This document shows positions 39,239 through 53,550 of a stretch of DNA of 64,000 bases, piece by piece; the first letter of the stretch is position 1, and each line of letters begins with the position of its first letter. Source of the DNA: Octopus bimaculoides. Taxonomy: Eukaryota. The notes below the pieces were generated by a model, which saw only the letters and a program-made list of their open reading frames with translations, was not told the DNA's origin and made no database searches. The translations under genes were made by a program, and so were the position numbers. Location: assembly GCF_001194135.2 (NCBI RefSeq), contig NC_068982.1, positions 158,979,604 to 159,043,603 of the forward strand, written 5' to 3'.

Positions 39239-41667
39239 CTGTCTGCAGCTGTATCATTTATATATTTCTCAGAATATATACTTCACATTCTGTAGCACCT
39301 CGTAGTATAATTTAGAGGCAATATCGCCATAGGCATATGTTAGAAGTGACCTTCTCATCATGATTATTTCTTATCGCGCTATTAAACTGCCCATCGTGGC
39401 TTTAAACATTTCGAAGTGTGATATAAAGCATTGTCATCATCAGTGTTTTGTTGTGTATGTCTACTTAGCGTAATAACTTGAATTCCATAGTTATTAGATA
39501 TTTTTAGTTGATACTTTTGTGTATATTGCCCTCTTATTGCATTTTAAATACAATTATATATCATTTACCCCACTAGTTTCATTGAAATTCTTTGAATAGG
39601 TAATTTTACCATTCAAATGTAAAGATCTATACTTTTATGTTTTTTAGACCGTATACATCCATTGAAGATTTTAATCCTATAATACTTTAATAATCTTTTT
39701 GAAGAAGCCTATTACAATGAAAAATTTAGTACTAAACTTACAGATGTTTCTTCGTAACTGTATTTATTATCAATTGATATCTGAATTGAGGAGGTTTGTA
39801 CATTTTACTGAGAGTGCTTTTTTCTTTTAATAATTCTATAATAAAAAAGTAATTTTGTATTTGCTGCATGTGCTGATTGCTTGTTCGTGGTGAGGTGGGT
39901 TACGCGAGTTACTGCAATTGATCGGTAATGTTCATTTGAGATTGCCAGAAACCTGGCCAGAAACAAATCCAAATACGAAGTCAATAATCTAAAGATAGAA
40001 CATTCTAATTTCTATCTTTTACACTATATAAACTCTCTGCAAATGAAATAGATGTCTTATTCGTTCACCGCATTGCTACCATATCATTGAAATGATATGA
40101 CATAACATGCCAATAAAACATAAAATTTTTGTTTTTTTTGTGTTTAATAGAAATGTTCTTATAAAATGAAAAGTAGTAGCTTTTCTATAAATCAGAAAAC
40201 CCTAAGGAATGAAGCAATAGAAAGAAATGAAAAATAATATATATCAAAGCAGTATGGAATGAAACTCAAGAGATTACACACAGATTTGTTTCGGCTTCAG
40301 TGAGTAAAGATCTATATAAACATACCTATCACAAAATATCGATTCCTGATTTATACATATCGCACAAAAGGGAATGGGGTTGAAGAGAAAACAACAATAC
40401 TAGAACCATTCTTCTTATTCCTTGCCATTATCCAACATAAACAAGTTCTTTCATTCTTTTTTTTTTATATATATTTTTAAAAGAAAATCCATTATCGACA
40501 AGGTTTTATTTTTTTGAAACCTGACAATTTTACATTTACTTGAAGTATAGTCAACATATACAGTAAGACAATGTGAATTGAAGTACTTTGGTTGTCGATA
40601 AACGAAAAAGAAAAGCGAAACAGCAACTGCAACAAAGCTCACGCTGAAATCATAAAAGTAAATATGAAAATAACAACAAAGGTATAGTGACATTCTATTG
40701 ATGTTTAGGAAGGACAGCTAACAATATCCATTAGGTTAAGAAATAGCACTACGCGAGTATACAGCGTTAACAACTCTCCTTTCAGGTACTATAAACACAA
40801 CAGCATTTAACATGACTCTATGAACAGCGAGAACAATAACACAATGCTTGTTTGTTGTTACCGTTGTTCTTACTTTGTCTCTTGCCTATTAGGATTGATC
40901 AGAACAATGATCAAAGGGATTCAAAGTATGTCCAGCAACAGATTTTGTTTTCCAACATAGCGTGACTTGGTCTATATTAACTAGTGTACCCCTTTAAATG
41001 ACAAAATTGTGTTGGTTGACGCTGCAGTAACAACTGAAAGGTAGTTGACAATAAGCCTATATGGGACCGATCAATTTGATGGATATAGTGGACAGATCCC
41101 ATCAATTCACACCAAAGATTCTTTTAAAACTCGGTACACAACAATGTATATATATACATATACAAGAAACTTGTGATAATAATTGCTGTCATACCTATCA
41201 TCGTTCGTCTTCATGACCAAGCCTAGGATGACGACTAAAATGCAATGACAAGAACGACTGGCATGTGAAATCCTAAATCATTACATTGCTAGAGTAACAC
41301 TTATAAACAATTGCCTTGTAGAGGATAATTTCCGTTTAATTTTAACCCGCCAAAATTATCTCAAAAAATTATCCATTCACATCTGAAAAAAATTGCACTG
41401 CGAATTCAACCTGCACAACAGCTCCAATCTGCAAAGCACTACTAAACAAAAACACAACTTAAATTTTCATCTGAAATAGAACACATAATACTGTTGAGTG
41501 TCAACGTATAACGCAACTAAAACGCATACTAATGGTGCATATTTTACAACATCAACAATAGCTTTAACCTACAATACAAAATAAAAAAGAAATCTAAATT
41601 TTGTCATAACCAAAAACCATTTAGCCTTTAGTATCTACAAAACGACTTCAAACTTTACTCAAACGTA

Positions 41668-43119
41668 CACCGAACCGCAAAAGGAACGCGATTTTTTCAA
41701 ATGTCATCTTTATATGATAACTTCTGAACATTTATTTCAGAGACGTAAGTGTAAATATCCCAAGATATGCGGGTTTGTGGCTGACACCTGAATTGCAGGT
41801 AAACATTCAACTCTCCCTGAAACGAGACGCCCAAATGTAGCTGCGTTGAATGCCGTGGGTTGGAGTCGAAAATAATTGTCATGAAAACCGAAATGCATGT
41901 GCATCTAGTAGAGGTTATGTGTATGAAATTCAACTTGAACCGCGTTCCTGGCATTTGTAATATGGACGCATCAGGTAAATCCGATCGTCAGCAGCGCAGT
42001 GAAAACAAGCCGACTGCCAGCGGGGCAACGTGCCCTGGTTGTTGCGAAAGTTTATATTGTCCATATCAGCACCATCTATCGCCTGCAACAGCGCTAGAAC
42101 CATACCAATAGCTCTGCAGACAGTGCCCACAGAGGGCGCCCCCATGTGTCCAAGTCAAAGCAGGACCGCTTCATCCATCTGCAACACCTCCGAGATCGCT
42201 TAAGACACCTCACGAGACCATTGGCACTGGACATCGACCTATCAGTGACAACAACCTGCATTGCCGTCGTCCTGTTCGAGGGCCTCGCCTCGCCGCTCGT
42301 CACCGTCAGGCACAACTACAGTGGGCTACACACTACCGACATTGGCGGCATCAACAATGGAAGCCTCGGATGGCAGAGTGAGGGTGTGGCGTAAGAGGGG
42401 TGAACGCTACAGAGACGCATGTATCATAGAGAGAGACGCGTGGGGTAGCCACAGCATCGTGGTTTGGTTTGCTATAGACCGTAATCAGAGAAATGGGCCC
42501 TATGTTTTCCAAAATGTTTGTGCAGCCAGAGTGAATAGCATCACAGCACAGCGCTACACTGACCAGATTCCAAGACCTCACATCGTGCCCTTCACGCGTC
42601 ATCATAGCCATGTTCCAGCAAGACAATACTCCCTTCCACACGGTCAGGGTCACCATGGACTTCCTGCGTCAGCACAACATCAGAAGCATACTATGGCCGA
42701 TTCTCAGTTCGGATTTCAATCCAATTGAACGCCTGTGATATGAAGTCCAGGCGTGACTGAACCAGATGGTCCCAAGTCCGACAACTCGTGTGGAATTTGA
42801 GACAGCTTTCCTCGGGATGTGAACACAGGTGTCAATCGCTTTTGTGAACCTCCTCATGCACTCCGTGTTCCGAAGGTTTATGGCCGTTGTGAACACCCAG
42901 GGAGGGCATACACGGTATTAAGCATGTCACGCCTTACAATTTCGATATTCTGGATGCGCCCACTACCAGAACACATAACAACAACCCATAGACTGTGGTC
43001 AAAGTGCATCCAAGAAATTGCCTTTAACAGATTTATCAACATTTATCTCTCACATAATGAAATTAAAACATATTTCACAGTCACACACGTCTCGCGGTTT
43101 TTTTTTTTGCGTCTCCGTG
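41668..43119 (+). mobile_element. Near full-length Tc1-family transposon (1452 bp) with decayed transposase
   Basis: TA flanks at 41666-41667 and 43120-43121. Imperfect TIRs CAC(C/G)GA..CGCAAAA..CGCGA. Motifs HISTIYRL, RGRP, DGRVRVWRKRGERY, MFQQDNT, WP..SSDFNPIE and GGHTRY*. Confidence 0.93.
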
Positions 43120-43182
43120 TATATCTACAACATAGGTCTAAATCGCTAATTTAATTTATATATAAAATGCAACATAATTCAC

Positions 43183-43311
43183 CACTCCAGAAACAAACAG
43201 AACTGCTTCAATTATTAAATCAGGGCCTCCGACTTCAATATTATTTGTAACTCCACCACCTACACTACAAACCAATTCCTCAATATCGGGTGAGATGGAA
43301 CCAGTAGCATC
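43183..43311 (-). CDS. Candidate 129-nt phase-0/0 coding exon of an unidentified minus-strand host gene
   Basis: Strong acceptor ACTGAATCTTCTTTTGCTCCAG and donor GTG|GTGAAT. Only one frame is open, with G-starting codons enriched: DATGSISPDIEELVCSVGGGVTNNIEVGGPDLIIEAVLFVSGV. Confidence 0.35.
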
Positions 43312-43679
43312 CTGGAGCAAAAGAAGATTCAGTGCAATTGGCAAGAAGAGCAAAGCAATTCCACTTGTTTCATCCAAAATACGGAAGTAAGGTTTAAGAA
43401 ATAAATACACACTCTAAGACAGAAAATCATCATGGAATAATGTAGAATCTTTTATATGTGCCCAATGCAAGAGGGAAATACAATAAGCGTAATCTGGAAT
43501 GTGGAGTAAGTTCATAAATGGAAGCTAAAGTGTAATTTTTCTATTGATATTTTATATGAAATTTTCTGAGTTCTGTCACAAATGACTTCATAAGCCCAAT
43601 GTGTAACCCCTCCTGTAATTCTCTTTATCTCATCAAGCCCTTGTGACTAATAAATTATTACCTTTATTCTTATTATCAT

Positions 43680-43710
43680 AATGATGGTAGCAATGATGAT
43701 GATGAAGATT

Positions 43711-43764
<54 letters not shown>

Positions 43765-43922
43765 GTGANNNNNNNNNNNNNNNNNNNNNNNNNNNNNNNN
43801 NNNNNNNNNNNNNNNNNNNNNNNNNNNNNNNNNNNNNNNNNNNNNNNNNNNNNNNNNNGATGATGATGAGGAGGAGGAGGAGGAGGAGGAGGAGGAGGAG
43901 GAGGATTATGATGATAATGATG
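43680..43922. repeat. Compound (GAT)n-(GAG)n microsatellite spanning a gap
   Basis: Directly visible. Confidence 0.95.
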
Positions 43923-44269
43923 GTCTAGAATAAATCTCATGACACCAGTTGTTCACTCATTCACACTGGATGATAAAAGGCGTTTCAGACTGAACCATGA
44001 TCTGGCCTTAGTTGTCACAGAAAGCTTAAAAAACAAAACAATTACAGAGGTCAAAGAGAACACATAAAATTCACTTCCCACCACTTCTTCCACAATAAAA
44101 ATACCCTCAACTATGCGAATTGGTAATTAAAAGCAGCAGAATAAATACAACAAACAGCAAGCGAAAAAAAACAGAGGGAACGACAGCAAGAGATACAGAA
44201 GCATTCTTGAAAAGGTATCGTTCTCTGAAAGCGAAACGATGAGGTGATGAAGGAGCGAATCATTCGCAC

Positions 44270-44360
44270 CACCAACGCCACCACCATCACCACCACCAAC
44301 AACAACAAAATAATGATGCTGATAATAATAATAATTATAACAACAACAACAACAAATTAA

Positions 44361-44420
<60 letters not shown>

Positions 44421-44457
44421 AATAATGCTGCTGCTGCTGCTGCTGACGATGATGATG

Positions 44458-44515
<58 letters not shown>

Positions 44516-44555
44516 TATCAACGACAAAAACCATCAACAGCAGCAGCAACAGCAA
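44270..44555. repeat. Compound (CAC)/(AAC)/(AAT)/(GCT)/(GAT) trinucleotide region
   Basis: Directly visible. Confidence 0.95.
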
Positions 44556-45263
44556 TATCCTTAGGATGTAGAAGCACTGATGCTGAATAATGAAGCTAAC
44601 AAGAGATGTAGTTGTACAAAAGCAAGGAAATATAAAATGAAAATATATATATCCAGAAACCTCACCAAATCAACAATAATCCGCAGGAAATCAACATTAA
44701 TCCCTCAACGTCAACAAATAAAAAAACAACAACAAAAAAACAAAGAATTAAAAGAAATGAGAAACAGAAAACGAAAATCAGTAACAAACAAGCGAAAGAT
44801 ACAGCTCCATCTTCCAATACCGTAGAATTACAAAGGAAGAATTACAAGATAAAGCCGCGTAAATCCATATAGCTGCAATAGTATATATCTAAACTTGATA
44901 GGGAAATATTCTTGACAGCATTCAGATAGTAATGATTAATTGTAAGGTGGTGGCATAGTAAGGACAATACAGGGGAGGTCTACGGGGGGTTATAGGATTA
45001 AGCAGAAACGGTGTTGAATGTCAGGGACAAAATAATTAAAATCTATGACAAGTTCGAAAGAATGCAATGGGTGTGTTCATAAATAATACAAGTGCAGTGC
45101 AAAGTTAATATATTGATTGTCGATGTGTAGTTTAACAGGTACCAAACATTAGTTCAATTTTCGTATAACATTCTTATAGGCCCATTATGTAACAAGCAAA
45201 TGTAAGATGTCAGACTTATTGGAAGATAGTATACCTGCATAATTTTGCCAATACAAGTGGTTT

Positions 45264-45473
45264 GCGCGCGCGACTGTTTGTGTGTGTGTTTGTGTATGTG
45301 TGTGTATGTACATGGATAATGGGAGTATTTAGTGTGATGTGCATATGGTAATATAAATATAAATATATGCGCGCGCGACTGTTTGTGTATGTGTGTGTAT
45401 GTGTGTGTATGTACATGGATAATGGGAGTATTTAGTGTGATGTGCATATGGTAATATAAATATAAATATATAT
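45264..45473. repeat. Tandem duplication of a 105-bp unit (2 copies)
   Basis: GCGCGCGCGACTGTTTG...ACATGGATAATGGGAGTATTTAGTGTGATG... starts at 45264 and again at 45369. Confidence 0.9.
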
Positions 45474-45491
45474 ATATATACATGTGTGTGC

Positions 45492-45548
<57 letters not shown>

Positions 45549-46387
45549 CTAATAGAAATATCCGTCATTGACTGGGTTGAAAGAAGCTGCCAAAATTGTA
45601 CTATGAATATTGAAAGTTATCCACTTCGATTGTATTGAACATAAAAAACGGTTATTAACTTTCATGCAGACAATGGAGCTGTTTTCTTCTGGTCCATGTT
45701 ATCATGGGTGCACATAAACCTCTCATCTATGATCTATAGTATCTCAGTCTATAAACGAAGCAAACATTGCACAGACCTTAGCTTAAGTCTAAATAAAAGT
45801 TTTGGGAAAACTGAAAAACGTATGTATCATAATTCATTGGCCTTCAGTCTTACAACAAACAAAAATACTAATAGCTTTTCTTAGACGAATATAGTGTGAC
45901 GTTGACAATATCAATTCAAAGTTATTAATCATTCAGCAAATTTTAGCTTTTTGATCCCATGTTAAAAACTTCCTTGTAGACAATGTTTCGTCTTTTACCA
46001 GTACGGACAAAAAAATAAAAGACTGTTCTAGGTTCCAGCTCTGGATGTTCCAACATATAACTGACCGTATGAGAAACAGTCCTCTTCCAATTGAAAACCA
46101 GCAACTTTCGAAGTCTGACCTTGGAACTTATTAATGGTCATCGCAAAAGATAGATGTATTGTAAATTGAAGTCATTTGGACTCGAAGGGCATATTGGAAG
46201 GTATTAAAGGTAAGCGAGGAATAAAAACAACTAGACTTTTTCCATACTCACAAATTATTGTGGTCAGTATATAATTTCTCATGAATTTATTGACAATAAG
46301 TGTTGTAACATTGCACAGCTTTGGTTAAGTAAGGTTGTACAGAAGCATTTCCTTTTTTCTACCGGACTTTGGCTAGCACTAAAGTTT

Positions 46388-46457
46388 TATATACATACAG
46401 TATATACATACAGTATATATACATACAGTATATATACATACAGTATATATACATAAA
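46388..46457. repeat. Minisatellite with a unit of about 15 bp (TATATATACATACAG), 4-5 copies
   Basis: Directly visible tandem units. Confidence 0.85.
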
Positions 46458-46473
46458 GTATATTACTATAATC

Positions 46474-46557
46474 TACACGTGTTTCCGCTGCAGCGACTGC
46501 TTACCGTTGAAAATACAGCCTTGCAATATTGTCGGTGTAGCTTCATCAGCGTCCGTT
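46474..46557 (-). ncRNA. Hammerhead-ribozyme-like motif (variant, possibly inactive)
   Basis: CUGAUGA (46549-46543), an 11-bp stem II with 9 Watson-Crick pairs, GAAA (46485-46482), palindromic stem III ACACGUGU and a GUA cleavage triplet. The 3' strand of stem I is absent. Confidence 0.5.
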
Positions 46558-46900
46558 CACTTAGTTATCCTCGAAGTAAACTAACTGAAGTAAATGTTTC
46601 TTAATCAGTATTCTGTTAGAGCTTGGGATGTTGTTATTCATTGGTATGTGCCGTTAGTGTCAACTTCACCCGAGTCACCGTCCGAAGTTAGGGCTTGGTC
46701 TTAAATTAGGTCGAGATTGTTGTTTTTGTAAGGCTCTTTGTTCGTTTAAATAGTTGTATTAGTTATTTTTGATTTCGAGTGTGATTTGAAGAGTTCTTAA
46801 TTGTTTATATTAATTTGTTGGCTAGCCTGTTCATTATTTGTAGGATACTTGCTTTTTTCATTAGTAATACTTATTAAATGTTTAGTTTATGTTAGAACAA
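46474..46900 (-). mobile_element. Probable Penelope-like element 3' terminal remnant
   Basis: YLNEQ-like motif at 46738-46752 (compare the end of the PLE GIY-YIG domain), followed by an A-rich tract and the hammerhead-like motif typical of PLE terminal repeats. Confidence 0.45.
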
Positions 46901-46912
46901 CATATATATGTA

Positions 46913-47160
46913 CTAGCTGGCGTACCCGATAATTACCGGGAAAGTGGAGCTCATCACTTGGTTCCGTTCTCATAATTTCTTCGTTAATCCAATAACAACA
47001 ATACAAAATATGTAGCCCTTAAAACGGTTTTTGTGCATTTACAGAGAATACCGAACTGTTTTACACAGGATCTTAATTTTAGGAATTCCCAATAAGTTAA
47101 GAATACCCAAATTGTGAAGTCAATTATGCAATAACATGAAATTAGTTACCCGATAGTAAA
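46913..47160 (+). mobile_element. Possible non-autonomous Helitron-like element, 5' part
   Basis: Starts ACTAGC..., with a short hairpin CCCGATAATTACCGGG resembling the 5' ends of Lep1-like non-autonomous Helitrons. The 3' end was not identified and a gap follows. Confidence 0.3.
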
Positions 47161-49683
47161 AATATTGTTAAAATCTACTCTACTATTGAATGCATTTTAT
47201 TGAACCTAAAACTAAATTTACCTATCTATCTATTTATCTATGTATCTATATCTTGTTCTCCCTCTCTCNNNNNNNNNNNNNNNNNNNNNNNNNNNNNNNN
47301 NNNNNNNNNNNNNNNNNNNNNNNNNNNNNNNNNNNNNNNNNNNNNNNNNNNNNNNNNNNNNNNNNNNNNNNNNNNNNNNNNNNNNNNNNNNNNNNNNNNN
47401 NNNNNNNNNNNNNNNNNNNNNNNNNNNNNNNNNNNNNNNNNNNNNNNNNNNNNNNNNNNNNNNNNNNNNNNNNNNNNNNNNNNNNNNNNNNNNNNNNNNN
47501 NNNNNNNNNNNNNNNNNNNNNNNNNNNNNNNNNNNNNNNNNNNNNNNNNNNNNNNNNNNNNNNNNNNNNNNNNNNNNNNNNNNNNNNNNNNNNNNNNNNN
47601 NNNNNNNNNNNNNNNNNNNNNNNNNNNNNNNNNNNNNNNNNNNNNNNNNNNNNNNNNNNNNNNNTGTGTCTTTAATTATAACTAGGCATATAATTTGACT
47701 GTGTATTTTAGTGAAGCACATTTCCTGTACGTAGAATTACTTCAATGCGTTTTGTGCTACTGAGTTCTTCACAACAAATTGTACTATTTCTTTCTATTTT
47801 ATTAATCTTTCTTACAATTAGATTCTGCCTCAGTCTCTCACACTATGATTCTCACTCTATATTCTATTACTTTTCTTCTGTCTTTCTCTGTCACATATAT
47901 GTCATTCTTTACCTATTTGATTCACTATAATTTCCTCAACTTAGATGTATCCACTTCTCTGGGGTATAGAGATACCCCAGAGGAGCTCAGCACTTACTTA
48001 AACTGTGATAAAGTTTGAATGAGTTTAGAAAGACAATTCAAAGTGTGAATGGATGCAGAAAGGCAGCTTTTCATTGTTAGAAGAAAAAATCCGAGAGCGT
48101 TTCAGAATATCCTTAGAAGCACGCTGATATTCATAACACATTCATCTTGTTTTCCTCATACTCGTCGCTATTTGTGCTATTGTTATTTTATTGTTGTTCT
48201 TGTTCCTGCTGGTGATATTGTTATTGTTGTAGATGCTCTTCTTAATGCCATCGGTATTTGCTTCCTTATATTTTATTTGTTTCTCTATAATTTTCTACGT
48301 AATCCATCAAATTTAATCTGATTATGGTCTTCGGTATCAAGATTTACACGCCAGGCTTAGGTTGGTTGGCTTGTTCGTTGCAGTGAGATTTATTGATATT
48401 TATTTCTGTATAAATGTGTTTATTTATTCTTGCCAAGGTAATTCTTTTATTTCATTGCATACAGACACAAGCAGGTGCACACGCACACACAGACAGACAG
48501 AAACGCACACGCACACATATACACGCATGTACAATCATTTATAAATATACATACATACATCTATATATACGTATATATATATATATATATATATNNNNNN
48601 NNNNNNNNNNNNNNNNNNNNNNNNNNNNNNNNNNNNNNNNNNNNNNNNNNNNNNNNNNNNNNNNNNNNNNNNNNNNNNNNNNNNNNNNNNNNNNNNNNNN
48701 NNNNNNNNNNNNNNNNNNNNNNNNNNNNNNNNNNNNNNNNNNNNNNNNNNNNNNNNNNNNNNNNNNNNNNNNNNNNNNNNNNNNNNNNNNNNNNNNNNNN
48801 NNNNNNNNNNNNNNNNNNNNNNNNNNNNNNNNNNNNNNNNNNNNNNNNNNNNNNNNNNNNNNNNNNNNNNNNNNNNNNNNNNNNNNNNNNNNNNNNNNNN
48901 NNNNNNNNNNNNNNNNNNNNNNNNNNNNNNNNNNNNNNNNNNNNNNNNNNNNNNNNNNNNNNNNNNNNNNNNNNNNNNNNNNNNNNNNNNNNNNNNNNNN
49001 NNNNNNNNNNNNNNNNNNNNNNNNNNNNNNNNNNNNNNNNNNNNNNNNNNNNNNNNNNNNNNNNNNNNNNNNNNNNNNNNNNNNNNNNNNNNNNNNNNNN
49101 NNNNNNNNNNNNNNNNNNNNNNNNNNNNNNNNNNNNNNNNNNNNNNNNNNNNNNNNNNNNNNNNNNNNNNNNNNNNNNNNNNNNNNNNNNNNNNNNNNNN
49201 NNNNNNNNNNNNNNNNNNNNNNNNNNNNNNNNNNNNNNNNNNNNNNNNNNNNNNNNNNNNNNNNNNNNNNNNNNNNNNNNTGTGTGTATTTGTGTGTGTG
49301 TGTATAAATATATATATATATGTGTGCGTGTATTTGTTAGTATGTATGTATGATTGCATGAATGAATGAATGAATGTACACATTGAAATGGTGTATGTTG
49401 TTGTTTCCGGTGTGTCCTATGCTTGTTCATGATTAGATTGTTCTCTTAGTTCGTTCATTATGCAGAGTTTGTTATTTTCTTTAAATGTTTTTGTACACAA
49501 CTTTTAATGCGATGCTCTGTGATAATGCTGGCTTTCTCAAGAACTTTGCCCCAGTATTTATTTACCAGACACGTGTAGAGTAAATCATATGCTCCTTCTT
49601 CCCCCCTTCCCTCTGAATGTCTTTTTCATCATATCTCTGTAACGCGAGGTCATATACAAGCCCCCTTTCGGAGCACAATGAAA

Positions 49684-49737
<54 letters not shown>

Positions 49738-49746
49738 CCTATCTAC

Positions 49747-49806
<60 letters not shown>

Positions 49807-49897
49807 TTATCTATCTATTCATCTATTTATTTATCTATTTATCTATCTTTCGGTCTATCTAACGAACTAACGAACTAACTAACTAACTATCTATCTG

Positions 49898-49954
<57 letters not shown>

Positions 49955-49960
49955 TTGTCT
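49684..49960. repeat. (TATC)n with an embedded (AACT)n
   Basis: Directly visible. Confidence 0.95.
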
Positions 49961-50415
49961 GTCTGCCTATCTATCTTTCTTTCTATATGTTTGTCCGTCT
50001 GTCTGCATATCTATATTTTTATCTATCTATTTGTCTGTCTATATATATTTATCTATCTATGTACTTACCCATCCCCTTGCATGTTTTTGTCTCAGTTTCC
50101 TTCCCTCACTTTGTTATCATTATCTACTTTTTTCTAAAATAATGTCATTCCTTGTCAATTTATATCAAGTCATTTCCCCGTTGCTCTCAAAGTTGTTTGA
50201 TGATTAAAATTATTGACAAATGACATCCTCAGTCTAGAATAAAATGAAATATAATTGAAAATACAATAGAGGCAGTAGCACTTAATTTTTTTTATAGTTA
50301 TAAAGTTTGATTCATTTTCTATCGCCAGTGTTTTCATTACAAATAATTCATTATTTGGTCAGTTCATTTGTTTTATAAATTTCATCGTGATAAATTTTAT
50401 TGTTGTCAACATCAC

Positions 50416-50496
<81 letters not shown>

Positions 50497-50510
50497 CATC
50501 ATCATCATCG

Positions 50511-50547
<37 letters not shown>
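50416..50547. repeat. Compound (TTA)n-(TCA)n microsatellite
   Basis: Directly visible. Confidence 0.95.
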
Positions 50548-51861
50548 TGCGACACCATTCTGTGTGTTGTTGTCTTTCTTGTTATGTTAAAGTTAAAACA
50601 GTCATCTTCGTTAAGATCAACACATTTATCGTCAGCCATTCATGTTGATGCTCTTATTCTTCTACTAGAGACGAATTCATTGTTCTGACGTGATTTGTTG
50701 TGTTCAGAGGAAAAAATAGTACGTTTATATATATATATATACTTTGTAAAGACGAAAAATTTTCATTAGTAGTTTTTAAATTGATATTTAGATCTTTAAA
50801 TTTCACGTGATTTTAATTCTTGTATATTTTTTTCATATTCACACATAATCGGTTTAAAGCTTTAAACTAAAAGTTAATAAAGTGCTCTATTTTATTTATT
50901 TTCACTTAACGCTGTAACTCTACTTGACTGAAACTTTGATTAACTTACGTAGTAAACATTATTTCTTTTAAACTGACATCGCGTCGTCAATCTGTTTCTT
51001 CCCATTCCTCCTGTTAACCCTGTACGTGTATATTTGCTGATGGTGGCTCCTCTGCCATGTTCAAACAAGCGCATTCAGTTGTTCGATCATCTTAAATGAT
51101 TATTCTGTAAGTTAACAAGTAAACAAATTCGTATTCGGCATATTCATTTAAGTGCATGAGTACGATGCATTGTATGATGTGTAATTCAAAACGTTGAATT
51201 ACAATTTAAGTCCAACGAAATGCATTTCTCCACAGTTTTCTTCAAACTAATTTCACTCGCAGAGGTTAGCCTTGATACAGAGTTATAACAGATACTCGAT
51301 CAAGAGGCCAAGCAGTGACATCACACAAAAAGATCTTATGAATGCCAAGTGAATTACTTAATCACTGAGGCAAGAAACTGAGAAAGCATGATCTGGAGCT
51401 ATGTTACACTTATGACGCTAGGCCATGTTCGGAGCTACCAGGTCCTTCACAGTATTGCTCCATTCTCTTCCTCAGCAAATATAATGCACACTTGAGCTTA
51501 CGGCGTAAGCATGAAATAATTTCAATAGTAAGTGCATCGCATCACCAAGTATGCAAATGAGTATTATTTCACATGTTGTAGAAGTTTTTAAATTCTTATG
51601 ACGAAAGCAACACCACTCCCGATAGTGAGTTAAACAAGATCTGAAATTTGGGAGCGTGAAGCTCGAAAGACACATTAACACTAGTACTTGATACTATCGT
51701 ATTTTATGAATCCTAAAACAATAGAATGTAAAGCTAAACTTCACGGTATTTGAACTTGGAATGTAAAGAACCGGAATAAACGCTGCTATGCAATTTCTCC
51801 TAGGCGCTGAAGATTTTACAAAATCGCTGCCTTAACAACCATAACAACGACAACAGCAATG

Positions 51862-52925
<1,064 letters not shown>

Positions 52926-53494
52926 NNNNNNNNNNNNNNNNNNNNNNNNNNNNNNNNNNNNNNNNNNNNNNNNNNNNNNNNNNNNNNNNNNNNNNNNNNN
53001 NNNNNNNNNNNNNNNNNNNNNNNNNNNNNNNNNNNNNNNNNNNNNNNNNNNNNNNNNNNNNNNNNNNNNNNNNNNNNNNNNNNNNNNNNNNNNNNNNNNN
53101 NNNNNNNNNNNNNNNNNNNNNNNNNNNNNNNNNNNNNNNNNNNNNNNNNNNNNNNNNNNNNNNNNNNNNNNNNNNNNNNNNNNNNNNNNNNNNNNNNNNN
53201 NNNNNNNNNNNNNNNNNNNNNNNNNNNNNNNNNNNNNNNNNNNNNNNNNNNNNNNNNNNNNNNNNNNNNNNNNNNNNNNNNNNNNNNNNNNNNNNNNNNN
53301 NNNNNNNNNNNNNNNNNNNNNNNNNNNNNNNNNNNNNNNNNNNNNNNNNNNNNNNNNNNNNNNNNNNNNNNNNNNNNNNNNNNNNNNNNNNNNNNNNNNN
53401 NNNNNNNNNNNNNNNNNNNNNNNNNNNNNNNNNNNNNNNNNNNNNNNNNNNNNNNATATATATATATATATATACATTTATAAATTTGTTCATA

Positions 53495-53550
<56 letters not shown>

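Noticed and set aside
43156-43410. 84-aa ORF with YFRILDETSGI resembling a cadherin repeat
   Set aside because: No LDRE, AxDxG or DxNDN motifs follow, and that part more likely lies in the intron upstream of the acceptor.
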